A stretch of 64,000 nt of DNA from Acidobacteria bacterium RIFCSPLOWO2_12_FULL_66_21. GTDB taxonomy: Bacteria > Acidobacteriota > Vicinamibacteria > Vicinamibacterales > 2-12-FULL-66-21. Location of the stretch: NCBI GenBank assembly GCA_001767455.1, contig MELC01000044.1, positions 30,163 through 94,162 of the forward strand, written 5' to 3'. The notes under the pieces were generated by a model. It was not told where the DNA came from. It worked only from the letters and a program-made list of their open reading frames with translations, and did no database searches. Positions 32,137 to 41,256 of this stretch are shown one piece after another. Positions within the stretch are counted from its first letter, which is position 1. Every line of letters begins with the position of its first letter. The translations under genes were made by a program, and so were the position numbers.

Positions 32137-34887
32137 TCACCACCCGAAACGGATCCCGGCGCGGAACGTACGGGGATCCAGCCATGCGTTCGGCTCGCCG
32201 AACCGTGCACCCGACACCTCGTTCACGGCATTGACCGTGTCGGAGTTCGGCACACCCTGGTTGCCGACGTTCAAGATGTCGAGAAACAACCCGGCGGTGC
32301 GGTGCGCGCCGCGCACGGCGAACGTCTTCTCGACGCGCACGTCCACCTTGTTGATCGCGTCCAGCCGCCTGGTGCCAACCGGCTCGATGCGGATGCTCTC
32401 CTGCCCCTGCCGCAGACCGCGGATCGTTGCGCGGCGGCCCCATGCCTGCCCGGTCGTGTACCGGTAGAACGCACTGGTGTTGAATCCGCCCCACCATGGC
32501 GCGCGCCAGGTTCCGAGCAGCTTGATCTCGTGCGTGGGATCGAAGGCCGCCCGGCCGAAGGCATTGATGTAGCTGTTCGGATCCGAGAAGCGTCCCGGGC
32601 TGCCAAGGTCGTTGCGCGCCGCGTTCACGTGCCACCGGTTGCCGACCGTGCCGCGGTTCCTGGACCAGGTGTAGGAGGCCTGCATCTGCCAACCGCGCGC
32701 GTAGCGCTTCCGTCCCACGATCTGGACGGCGTCGTATCGATTGAAGGCCTGAGGCGGGTTCGTGTACAGCAGGAACGGACTGCCGGCATTCGTCCGATTG
32801 AACAGGTCGAGCATCCGCCCGTCGTCAGGCGTGCCGGCGAGCCCGTCAGGTCCCGGATCGCGCTTGGTCACGGGCTGGTACACCGAGCCGGTGTCGATGA
32901 GGCCCATGAACGTATCGAACCGGCGGCGGATGTACTGCGCCTGCACCGACAGGTTCGCCGCCAGCTCGCGCTCGACGCCGGCCACCCACTGCCCGACGAA
33001 GGAATGGCGCAGGTGATCGTCGATGGCGAAGGCGTCGACGTCGTTGTTGTTGTGAAACAGCTCCACGAAATCATTCGGCCCAACGACGAGTGCGAAGACC
33101 TCCGGCGTCAAGCCGGTTCGATCGGCCGACATGATGCGGCTCGAGAAGATCGTGTCGTAGTAACGCCCGTAATGCAGGCGCGCGACGGTCCTGTGATTAC
33201 CAGTGACGTCCCACGCGACCCCAAGCCGCGGCGCGAGCGTGTTGGTCGCAAAGACCTGGCCCTTCTGCGGGACGGAGCCGCGATTCCGCTCCGCCCGGAG
33301 CCCCGGCGTCACCGTCAGGCGATCGTTCAACGCCCAGGTGTCGTTTGCGAACACCACCGTTCTGCCCGTTGTGGCGTGACTGATTACGCCTCCCCAGATG
33401 TCCACGGTGTCAGGTTCGCCAAAGTAGTCGAAATAGAAGCGGTCCCCCGGGTACCGGAATTCCGAGATCGCCCGAGTCGTCTCGTATTCGACGCCGGCCT
33501 TTATCTCGTGACTCCGGCCCGGCCCGCTGGTGACGTACCTGGTGATCGTCCCCGCGGTTGAATTCACCGCCGAATCTTGCACGAAGTACTCCCACCCACC
33601 CTGGGTCAGCACCTGCAGGCCGGAGTCGTATCGCGCAGCGGGGCTGAAGCGCGAGTTCGGCTTGCGCGGCTCGCTCGTGGAGCTGGCCGTGTAACCGCCA
33701 TTCCGGATCTCGACGAGCGTGGTCGCGCCGGGAGTCCACGTGGCGTGCACGTTCCAGGTCGCCTGGGGACCGGAGACGGCGTTGGAGACCTCGAACGGCG
33801 TATCGGCACCGATGTACTCGCCGTCAACGCTCCTGCGTCCTCCTTCAACGAACCCATCGACGCGCAGCGCGGGCGTGACGGCGGCCGTGAGATGCGCCAT
33901 GACCTGCAGATCGCGCTCGTCCCTCGATCCTGCTCCGCTGAAACCCGCCGGACGGTCGTTGTGCCTGGAGCGCTGGACGCCGCCAAAGAACCACAGCCGG
34001 TCCTTGACGATCGGCCCGCCAAGCTGTGCGCTCGTGTCCCACCAATCGAGCAGCTCCCGCGAATTGAACGTTTCTTGAAGCTGCTCCGACAGCGCGCCGG
34101 TGTTGTTCGACAGCCATCCGGGCCGCGTCGCCCAGTACTCCGCGAGGCCTGAGAACCGGTTGCTGCCGGACCGCAGGATCGTGCTCCCCGAGGCGCCGGT
34201 GAATCCGCCGTGCTCGGCGCCCGCTCCAAGCGCGACGATGTTGATCTCCTGCACCCAGTTGACGTTGAAGCGCGTCGCCGGGGCCTGGAACGCGGGATCG
34301 GTCGTCCGGGTTCCCTCGACGAGCACCTCGTTGCTCTCCTGGCTCCCGCCGAAAGACACGTTGGCGGTGATGCCAGGCACCAGGTTCAGCAGCCCGTGGA
34401 GCGTCCGGGGCGTTGGCAGGTTGTGCAGCAGGTCCTGATCGAGGCGGGTGGGCACCGCCGCGCTCCGCACGTCGACCATGGGTGATCGTCCGGAAACCGT
34501 GATCGCGTCGGTGACGCTGGCGACTGGAAGCTCGAAATCAATGGTCAGCGTGGCGCCCGCCGGCACCTGAATGTCGCTGCGCCGGACGGGGCGCAGTCCT
34601 GCGTGCGCCGCTGTCACGTGGTACACGCCCGGAGGGAGGCTGGGGAACCGGTACGTGCCGTCAGCAGCGGAGGTCGTCGTCTGCGCTCCACCTATCAACT
34701 GGGAGCCCTCGATCGTGACGGTCGCGCCGGATATGGCGGCCTTCGACGTATCCAGCACGACCCCGGCAACCGTCGACATCAACGCGCTTTGCGCGCGTGC
34801 CGGCACCGGACCGAAGGACAGTCCAAGCGCGAAGAGTACAGCGGCAGACACTTTTTCCCGTGCGGACACCATAGTTCCCTCCCTCAC
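32137..34887 (-). CDS. TonB-dependent-receptor-like outer-membrane beta-barrel with an N-terminal carboxypeptidase-regulatory-like domain
   Basis: Signal peptide. 'VAGVVLDTSKAAISGATVTIEG...ADGTYRFPSLPPGVYHVTA'. Plug-like 'ITVSGRSPMVDV'. Long barrel ending in the aromatic terminus 'AGIRFGW'. Confidence 0.85.
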   Translation of the reverse strand: MREGTMVSAREKVSAAVLFALGLSFGPVPARAQSALMSTVAGVVLDTSKAAISGATVTIEGSQLIGGAQTTTSAADGTYRFPSLPPGVYHVTAAHAGLRPVRRSDIQVPAGATLTIDFELPVASVTDAITVSGRSPMVDVRSAAVPTRLDQDLLHNLPTPRTLHGLLNLVPGITANVSFGGSQESNEVLVEGTRTTDPAFQAPATRFNVNWVQEINIVALGAGAEHGGFTGASGSTILRSGSNRFSGLAEYWATRPGWLSNNTGALSEQLQETFNSRELLDWWDTSAQLGGPIVKDRLWFFGGVQRSRHNDRPAGFSGAGSRDERDLQVMAHLTAAVTPALRVDGFVEGGRRSVDGEYIGADTPFEVSNAVSGPQATWNVHATWTPGATTLVEIRNGGYTASSTSEPRKPNSRFSPAARYDSGLQVLTQGGWEYFVQDSAVNSTAGTITRYVTSGPGRSHEIKAGVEYETTRAISEFRYPGDRFYFDYFGEPDTVDIWGGVISHATTGRTVVFANDTWALNDRLTVTPGLRAERNRGSVPQKGQVFATNTLAPRLGVAWDVTGNHRTVARLHYGRYYDTIFSSRIMSADRTGLTPEVFALVVGPNDFVELFHNNNDVDAFAIDDHLRHSFVGQWVAGVERELAANLSVQAQYIRRRFDTFMGLIDTGSVYQPVTKRDPGPDGLAGTPDDGRMLDLFNRTNAGSPFLLYTNPPQAFNRYDAVQIVGRKRYARGWQMQASYTWSRNRGTVGNRWHVNAARNDLGSPGRFSDPNSYINAFGRAAFDPTHEIKLLGTWRAPWWGGFNTSAFYRYTTGQAWGRRATIRGLRQGQESIRIEPVGTRRLDAINKVDVRVEKTFAVRGAHRTAGLFLDILNVGNQGVPNSDTVNAVNEVSGARFGEPNAWLDPRTFRAGIRFGW

Positions 34888-35053
34888 GCGGTCAATGGGC
34901 GGGTCGGAAGAGGCGATAGCATACCTTCTCGACCCTTGGAGGCGGCGAAATTATCTCTATCACTCAAACGTCGGAAAGCCGGCAACAGGACGCGCCCGGA
35001 CCCATGTTGGGCGTTGAGGTAAGAACTCGCCCGATCCATCGACTACCTCAGGT

Positions 35054-35629
35054 GTGGGTGCAGTACAGTCCATCGACATCCCGGAAATCGGGCTGATGCC
35101 CGCCGAGCGGACGACACAGGACAGGCTTTACGACGAGGCCGCCGGCACCTACGGCGCGGCCCTGGGCCGCCTTGCGCGCGGGTACGAAGTCCATCCCGAC
35201 GCGCGGCGGGACCTGCTGCAGGAGATCCACCTCGCGCTGTGGCGCAGCCTGGCGGGCTATGACGGCCGGTGCTCGCTGCGGACGTGGGTCTACCGGGTGG
35301 CGCACAACACCGCCGCGTCGCACGTCATGCGGCAGCGGCGCGCGCGGCTGCACGGGCTCGTCAATCTCGACGACATCGAGGACCTGCCGGAAGCCGCCGA
35401 CGCCGAGCGCGCGGCGGATCGACGCCTGACCTGGGAGCGGATGATGGCGCTCGTCCATCGCCTCCACACGATCGACCGGCAGGTGATCCTGTCCTACCTC
35501 GAAGGGCTCGATGCGGCGTCCATCGCCGAGATCACGGGTCTCTCGCCCGGCAGCGTGGCGACCAGGATTCACCGCATCAAACACGTCCTGGCCGCTCATT
35601 TCCAGGAAGGAAGCCGCAATGACCGCTGA
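35054..35629 (+). CDS. ECF-type sigma factor
   Basis: 'RRDLLQEIHLALWRSLAGYDGRCSLRTWVYRVAHNTAASHV' (region 2). 'RQVILSYLEGLDAASIAEITGLSPGSVATRIHRIKHVL' (region 4). Alternative ATG at 35096. Confidence 0.85.
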   Translation: MGAVQSIDIPEIGLMPAERTTQDRLYDEAAGTYGAALGRLARGYEVHPDARRDLLQEIHLALWRSLAGYDGRCSLRTWVYRVAHNTAASHVMRQRRARLHGLVNLDDIEDLPEAADAERAADRRLTWERMMALVHRLHTIDRQVILSYLEGLDAASIAEITGLSPGSVATRIHRIKHVLAAHFQEGSRNDR

Positions 35630-36206
35630 GCCTTCGCTCGATCGTGATGCGCAGCAGGCGTGGCAGCAGCAGCCATCGGAGGCGCTCCGCACGTCCGTCG
35701 AAGACCTGCGCCTTCAGACACGCCGGTTCGAACGGCAGATCGCCTGGCGCAATCGACGCGAGTACGCGGCGGCCGCGCTCGCCGCGGCATTGCTGGCGCG
35801 GCTCTTCTGGCACGAGCCGGACACGTTCGTCCGCATCGGCGCCGCGCTGACGATCGCCGGAATGATCTACATCGTCTGGCAGCTGCACGCGCGCGGCGCC
35901 TCTCGACAACCATCAGTCGAACTGGGCATGGCGCCGGGACTGGAGTTCCTCAAGCGCGATCTCGCCCGCCAGCGTGATTTGTTGTCCGGGGTGTGGCGAT
36001 GGTATCTCGCGCCGCCGCTGCCGGGCATCGCGATCGTGTTCATCGCCACCGTGCGCGCACACCCGGCCGGTTCCGGCCGTGCATGGCCGGTCGCCGTTGC
36101 CGCAGCCGCGATCGCAGCGATCTTCGTCGTGGTCTGGCGCTTGAACGTGCGCGCGGCAAGCGGACTCCAGGCCCGCATCGACGAGCTCGAACGGCCAACA
36201 CGGTGA
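35619..36206 (+). CDS. Membrane protein co-transcribed with the ECF sigma (putative anti-sigma factor, no zf-HC2 motif)
   Basis: Overlaps the sigma gene by 11 nt, with an AGGAAGG RBS. Four predicted hydrophobic helices. No recognised domain. Confidence 0.55.
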   Translation: MTAEPSLDRDAQQAWQQQPSEALRTSVEDLRLQTRRFERQIAWRNRREYAAAALAAALLARLFWHEPDTFVRIGAALTIAGMIYIVWQLHARGASRQPSVELGMAPGLEFLKRDLARQRDLLSGVWRWYLAPPLPGIAIVFIATVRAHPAGSGRAWPVAVAAAAIAAIFVVVWRLNVRAASGLQARIDELERPTR

Positions 36207-36223
36207 TCCAGAAAGAGGACCCG

Positions 36224-37321
36224 ATGATCCGCACGTCAGTCGGCGCCTTACTGGCTATCACTTTCATGACGGCGGGCAGCCACGGACAGTCGCGCCCCGC
36301 GACATTGCCTGACTCGGAGATCCAGAAGATCCTCGCCGAGCGGATCGATGTCTCTCACCAGGGCGTGGGGATTGTGGTGGGTGTGATCGACGCCAACGGG
36401 CGTCGGGTGATTGCCCACGGGCGTTCGCGCGCGGCCGATCCGCGACCGCTCGACAGCGACACGATCTTCGAGATTGGATCCGTGACGAAGGTGTTCACCG
36501 CCCTGCTGCTCGCGGACATGGTGCAGCGCGGCGAGGTGGCGCTCGACGATCCGATCTCCAAGTACCTCCCGAGCGGGGTGAAAGCGCCGGAACGCAACGG
36601 CCGCGCGATCGCGCTCGTCGATCTGGCGACGCACACGTCCGGACTCCCGCGCGTGCCGGCCAATCTCAGGCCGGCGACGTTTCAGGACCCCTATGCGGAC
36701 TACACGGCCGAACACCTCGACGCGTTCCTGTCGTCCTACGAGCTGCCGCGCGAGCCCGGGACCAAATTCGAATATTCCAATCTGGGCGGCGGCTTGCTCG
36801 GTTACCTGCTCGCGCGCCGCGCCGGCATGGGTTACGCGGCGCTCGTCCGCGCGCGCATCACGGGCCCGCTCGGGATGACGAGCACGACGGCCGCACGTCC
36901 GGGCGACGAGGATGGGCCGCGCCTCGCGGCGGGTCACAACGCCCAACTTCAGCCGGTGCCCGCGTGGCACTTCGACGTGCTCGCGGGATGCGGCGGTGTT
37001 CGCTCGAACGCGAACGACATGCTGATGCTGCTCGATGCGTTCCTGGGCCGCACGAAGACGCCGCTCGCTCCGGCGATGACGCTGATGCCCACCGTACGCC
37101 GGCCCACGGGACTGGCGGGGGCGCCCGAGATCGCCATCGGCTGGCTCGTCACCAAACCCGGCGCCGCGGAGATCCTCTGGCACAACGGCGGCACGTTCGG
37201 GTATCGCTCGTACCTCAGCGTCGATCTGCGCAACCACGCGGGCGTCGTCGTTCTCTCGAACACCTCCACACCCGCCGGCGTCGACGACATCGGGCGGCAG
37301 ATCCTCCACCCGCGGCGGTGA
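36224..37321 (+). CDS. Serine hydrolase of the beta-lactamase/transpeptidase-like (class C/AmpC-like) family, secreted
   Basis: Signal peptide. SxxK motif in 'FEIGSVTKVFTALLLADMV'. 'YSNLGGGLLGYLL' (YxN-like). 'WHNGGTFGYRSY' (KTG-equivalent region). Confidence 0.8.
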   Translation: MIRTSVGALLAITFMTAGSHGQSRPATLPDSEIQKILAERIDVSHQGVGIVVGVIDANGRRVIAHGRSRAADPRPLDSDTIFEIGSVTKVFTALLLADMVQRGEVALDDPISKYLPSGVKAPERNGRAIALVDLATHTSGLPRVPANLRPATFQDPYADYTAEHLDAFLSSYELPREPGTKFEYSNLGGGLLGYLLARRAGMGYAALVRARITGPLGMTSTTAARPGDEDGPRLAAGHNAQLQPVPAWHFDVLAGCGGVRSNANDMLMLLDAFLGRTKTPLAPAMTLMPTVRRPTGLAGAPEIAIGWLVTKPGAAEILWHNGGTFGYRSYLSVDLRNHAGVVVLSNTSTPAGVDDIGRQILHPRR

Positions 37322-37793
37322 GCCGCGCTCGAATTACTTCGTTTCCCTCTCCGCCAGGTCGTAAATACGCACGCCCCTGGAATGGACCAGCGCGGCCGGC
37401 CGCCAGTCGAGCGTGCCCCACGCGCTGCGTGCCTGGAACAGTGATCGAACGGCACATAGAACAGATACAAGAGGAAGTTTGCGGCGATGACGCACAGCCA
37501 CGTGACGGCGGTGGCCCGCGGCCGGCGTACGCGATTTCCCTCCGCACGTGCCGGCAGAATGAAAGGCGCGAGCAACGCAAGCAGCACGACAGGCGTTTGC
37601 GTCCCGAGCAGCCACCGGGGGTATCGCACGAGGTTGGGCCACGGGTACGCCGAGTGATAGAACTCGCCGTACGTCCCGTACCCGGAGGGGCGTTTGCGGC
37701 CCGTCGTCAGGGATGGCAGGTTAGCTTAAAACGGTTCGGCGCGGCCGGCGCGGCAGACGGTTGTAACTTTCCGGGTGCCACCGGATAGATCAA

Positions 37794-38336
37794 TTGAAGG
37801 GCAGATGGATGACTTCCGGCCCGGACCCGGCCGCACCGCTCGTCGACTTCGCGGGCCTTTACCGCGACCACGCGGCCGACGTTCACCGTTTTGCGCTGTA
37901 CCTCTCGGGCGATCGGGCGCTGGCCGAGGACCTCGTCTCGGACGCGTTCATCCGCGTGTGGACCGCCCGGGATCGCGTGGAACTGAGCACCGTCCGCGGG
38001 TATCTGTTCGCGATCGTCCGGAACCTGTTCCTGCAGCACCTGCGGCGTGAACGGCGTCGCGCTCCGCTCCAGGACGCCATCGAAACCACTGAGGCGGGAC
38101 CGGAAGACCGCGCGAGCGGGCAGAGCAGCTTGCGCGCGGTGCTCGCGGCGCTCGGCACGCTGTCCGAAGTCGACCGTGCCGCGGTGCTGATGCGCGCCGA
38201 CGAGGGCCTGCCCTACGAGGACATCGCGGCGGCGCTCGGGATCTCCACGACAGCGGCCAAGGTGAAGGTGTACCGCGCACGTTTGAAGCTCGCCGAAATC
38301 CTCAAACCGGCGGAGAGCAAGGAGCGAAATCCATGA
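37794..38336 (+). CDS. ECF-type sigma factor
   Basis: 'FAGLYRDHAADVHRFALYLSGDRALAEDLVSDAFIRVW', 'YLFAIVRNLFLQHLRRERR' and 'RAAVLMRADEGLPYEDIAAALGISTTAAKVKVYRARLKL'. ATG 37809 is an alternative start. Confidence 0.85.
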   Translation: MKGRWMTSGPDPAAPLVDFAGLYRDHAADVHRFALYLSGDRALAEDLVSDAFIRVWTARDRVELSTVRGYLFAIVRNLFLQHLRRERRRAPLQDAIETTEAGPEDRASGQSSLRAVLAALGTLSEVDRAAVLMRADEGLPYEDIAAALGISTTAAKVKVYRARLKLAEILKPAESKERNP

Positions 38337-38734
38337 AGGTCACACGCGAGGTGGTCAAGGATCTGCTGCCCGTCTACCTGGCGGATGAGGCGAGCGCCGA
38401 CACGCGCGCGCTCGTCGAAGAGTGGCTGCGCACGGATCCCGACCTGGCCCGCCACGCGGAACAGGCGCGCAGAATCGACCTGCCGGCTGCGCCCGCACTG
38501 CCGCCAACGGCCGAGAAGCGCGCCCTGGATCGGACGCGCCGCCATCTGCGTTGGCGATTCGTGCTGCTCGGAACCGCGATCTACGTGACGACGCTGCCGC
38601 TCAGCGTCACCTTCAGCAAGACTGGCTTCAACGGTTTGCTGATCGACAACTGGCCCGAGCGCGTGGTGATCATGCTGATGGCGATGGGACTGTGGATCGC
38701 CTACTGGCGTGCCTCCCGCCGCGTGCGCATCTGA
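38333..38734 (+). CDS. Putative anti-sigma factor (cytoplasmic N-domain plus two TM helices)
   Basis: ATGA overlap with the sigma gene. 'VKDLLPVYLADEASADTRALVEEWLRTDPDLA' resembles zf-HC2-type anti-sigma N-domains that lack the Cys/His ligands. Confidence 0.6.
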   Translation: MKVTREVVKDLLPVYLADEASADTRALVEEWLRTDPDLARHAEQARRIDLPAAPALPPTAEKRALDRTRRHLRWRFVLLGTAIYVTTLPLSVTFSKTGFNGLLIDNWPERVVIMLMAMGLWIAYWRASRRVRI

Positions 38735-38821
38735 AAAGCGCGAAGAGAGAGTGTCACGATCTTCGTCGGTCGACTCTGAGTCCTCTGGGAGTTGGGAGTT
38801 GGGAGTTGACTGGATCTCCTG

Positions 38822-39454
38822 TCAGTGGCGCGGTAAGCCGCCTGGCTTTGCGGTGGTTGCTGCAGCGGGCGCCGCCGACGTTCGGGCCAGCTCCGAGCCG
38901 TACCTGTAGACGAATGACTTGAATTCGGGATGCAGGAAGTCCGCGCCGAACTTGTACTGCTTCATCTCCTTGAACGCGCGATCGGCGGTCCAGCCGTCGT
39001 GCGTCAGGCGATACACCGCGGTCATCACGCCGGTGCGGTGCCGGCCGCCGACGCAGTGAACGTACACGGGCTGATTGGACGGATCTTTCACGATCTTGAG
39101 AAACGTGTCGATCTGCGCCGCGGTTGGCGGCTGGTGCGTCGTCATGGGGATTTCAAAGTACGCGAGGCCGGCGCGACTCGCCATCGACTGTTCGTGCGTA
39201 TCCGCGTCGTCACTCGTGAGGTTGACGAGCGTCTTGACGCCGAGCGCCGCCAGGTCGGCATAGTCCTCACCCTCGGGCTGTCCGCCCCGATAGTAGGTGG
39301 AATCAACGCGGCCGAAATTCGCGACGTGGATGCTCGCTGCTTCGATCGCCCGCGCCGGCGTCTGCGGCCGAACGGCGCGCGCCGCCGCTGGCGAGGCCAG
39401 GGAAAGGCTGAGGACGAGCGCAGCCGTGTATCTACGCAAGAGGTTTGCAGGCAC
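38822..39454 (-). CDS. Secreted protein-tyrosine/dual-specificity phosphatase-like protein (CX5R)
   Basis: Active-site loop 'VYVHCVGGRHRTGVMTAVY'. Signal peptide after GTG 39454, which is preceded by AGGAAGG. The ORF track extends to 39622 but lacks a better start. Confidence 0.7.
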   Translation of the reverse strand: MPANLLRRYTAALVLSLSLASPAAARAVRPQTPARAIEAASIHVANFGRVDSTYYRGGQPEGEDYADLAALGVKTLVNLTSDDADTHEQSMASRAGLAYFEIPMTTHQPPTAAQIDTFLKIVKDPSNQPVYVHCVGGRHRTGVMTAVYRLTHDGWTADRAFKEMKQYKFGADFLHPEFKSFVYRYGSELARTSAAPAAATTAKPGGLPRH

Positions 39455-39655
39455 TGGACACCTTCCTGAGATCAGAGTGTTGAGATCGCCGCTCCGAGAA
39501 GCGACGACCCTGAGGGGGCAAATCGGGTGCCACTGAGGTCGCGCGGCTGGCGTGCGCGCGCGCCAGAATGCGTCCTCATGGCAGGGCGTTGAGCTGTCCA
39601 CCAGATGAACACCTGGGCGCAAAAGTTGCGCGAGCTCAGGACGGACGACTGAGCC

Positions 39656-40774
39656 TTATCGCTGCAGCGGCCGCGTGGTCTGATCCCAAATGTCAGGGAC
39701 GCGCTGGATGAAGTCGTGCACCGCGGGCACGTTTTCGTAACCCCACCAGATCGAGAACGCGATGAAGCCCAGCCACAACAAGCTGAACATCTGTCCGAGC
39801 CACATGCCTTGCGGCGAGCCATAAGGCACGAATGCGGGGCGGAGCACCGCCGTCACGAGACCGGCCACCACCTGGAAGCACACGACGAGCAGCGGAAAGC
39901 CGAGCCACCACGGTATTCTCGCGGGAAGCGAGTAGCCGAACAGCGCGTGCGTCGAACCGAGCGACACGAACGCGAGGACGAGCACGATCAGCAGCGCGAA
40001 GTTGATCAGGCCGAGGATCGGCGCGGCGACGCCCGCCCACACCTGGGTCCCGTACGCAGCCTGCTCGGGACCGCCCGCAACCCAGCCGCGGTCCCCCCAC
40101 CGGGCATGGCGCCACTGCTGTCTCCACTGGCGGCGCTGTTTCCGCCAATGGCGTTTCCACTCCTTGCTGGTCGTGAATTCGGTGTAGTTGCGCTTCGCCT
40201 GATCGACGAGCTCTTTCGCGGTGGACGGCCGCCCGTGCGCCGCGGCGTGTTCTTCCGACGTCGTCGCGTACGGGGTCACGAACATCAGCGCGCCGTACAC
40301 GAGAAGGAAGACGCCCTTGGTCAGCACCGCCAGGATCACGAAGGCGATCCGCACCAGGGTCACGTCGACGTCGAGGTACGCCGCGAGGCCGTTGCAGACG
40401 CCGCTCAGCATGGCGCCCTCGCGGATCTGGTACAGGCGCTTCGGCGCGCGCTCGTCCTTCTTCGGCGTGTCGTCCGCTGCTTTCTCGTCAGGCTTTGCGG
40501 CGCCGCCAGCTTCGGCCGTGCCCGCGTCGACGGGACCCATCTCCTCGATGATCTGATCGATTTCCGCCGACGCCACCACCGTCTTGTGCGCCGCCAGGAA
40601 CCTTTGGCACTTCTCCGCGATCGCCTGCTCGAGATCCGCGACGATCTCCGCCTTGTCCGGATTGTCCACGAGGGCCGTTTGCGCGCGCTCGAGATACGCC
40701 ACCAGCGCGTCGTACCCGCTTTCCTCGATTTGATAGGCGTTGCCGTTGAGGTTGATGCCGATGACTTTCTGCAT
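39656..40774 (-). CDS. PspC-domain membrane protein
   Basis: 'LYQIREGAMLSGVCNGLAAYLDVDVTLVRIAFVILAVLTKGVFLLVY' is a PspC domain, followed by further TM helices. Lies 2 nt downstream of the padR-family gene. Confidence 0.8.
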   Translation of the reverse strand: MQKVIGINLNGNAYQIEESGYDALVAYLERAQTALVDNPDKAEIVADLEQAIAEKCQRFLAAHKTVVASAEIDQIIEEMGPVDAGTAEAGGAAKPDEKAADDTPKKDERAPKRLYQIREGAMLSGVCNGLAAYLDVDVTLVRIAFVILAVLTKGVFLLVYGALMFVTPYATTSEEHAAAHGRPSTAKELVDQAKRNYTEFTTSKEWKRHWRKQRRQWRQQWRHARWGDRGWVAGGPEQAAYGTQVWAGVAAPILGLINFALLIVLVLAFVSLGSTHALFGYSLPARIPWWLGFPLLVVCFQVVAGLVTAVLRPAFVPYGSPQGMWLGQMFSLLWLGFIAFSIWWGYENVPAVHDFIQRVPDIWDQTTRPLQR

Positions 40775-40776
40775 GG

Positions 40777-41100
40777 CTATCGTCCCAGTTCATCGATCGT
40801 CGTGTTGATGCCTCGCCAGTACTCGTCGAGCTCCGCAAGCTGCGCCGTCCCCTTGTCGGTCAGCTTGTAGTACTTGCGCGGCGGCCCCGCCTCTGATTCC
40901 CGCCACTCGTAGTCCACGAGCCCTTCCCGTCGCATCTTGCTCAGCAGGGGGTACAGCGTCCCTTCCTGCGTCGCGAACTCTGTGGCGCTCAGCCGCTGGA
41001 GCATGTCGGCGACATAGACCTTGTCCGCGGCGACGATCTTCAGGATCAGGAACTCGAGGAGTCCCTTCCGAATCGCCGTGAACTTTTCGTTGACGCTCAT
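40777..41100 (-). CDS. PadR-family transcriptional regulator
   Basis: 'LLEFLILKIVAADKVYVADMLQRLS...GTLYPLLSKMRREGLVDYEW...RKYYKLTDKGTAQL'. Confidence 0.9.
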   Translation of the reverse strand: MSVNEKFTAIRKGLLEFLILKIVAADKVYVADMLQRLSATEFATQEGTLYPLLSKMRREGLVDYEWRESEAGPPRKYYKLTDKGTAQLAELDEYWRGINTTIDELGR

Positions 41101-41109
41101 TGTTCCAAG

Positions 41110-41131
41110 CTACCTTTATAAAAAAAGGTAG
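41110..41131. promoter_or_regulatory. Perfect AT-rich palindrome CTACCTTT-ATAAAA-AAAGGTAG, 10 nt upstream of the padR start; candidate PadR operator
   Basis: The 8-bp arms are exact reverse complements. Flanked by direct repeats GTTCCAAG at 41102-41109 and 41138-41145. Confidence 0.45.
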
Positions 41132-41256
41132 CAGAGAGTTCCAAGGGAGTCAAGATCAGCTTGCAGCCCACAGCTCGTGGCTCGCAGCTCGCTCGGATCC
41201 CGGTTCGACGGCCGTGATACATTCGGCACAATCCGCACATCACGTGGGAGGGCCGC

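Noticed and set aside
36949-37629. The 226-aa minus-strand ORF as an intact gene.
   Set aside because: Only the first ~60 codons look like membrane protein. The rest is antisense to the well-supported serine hydrolase gene. It is treated as a possible remnant only.
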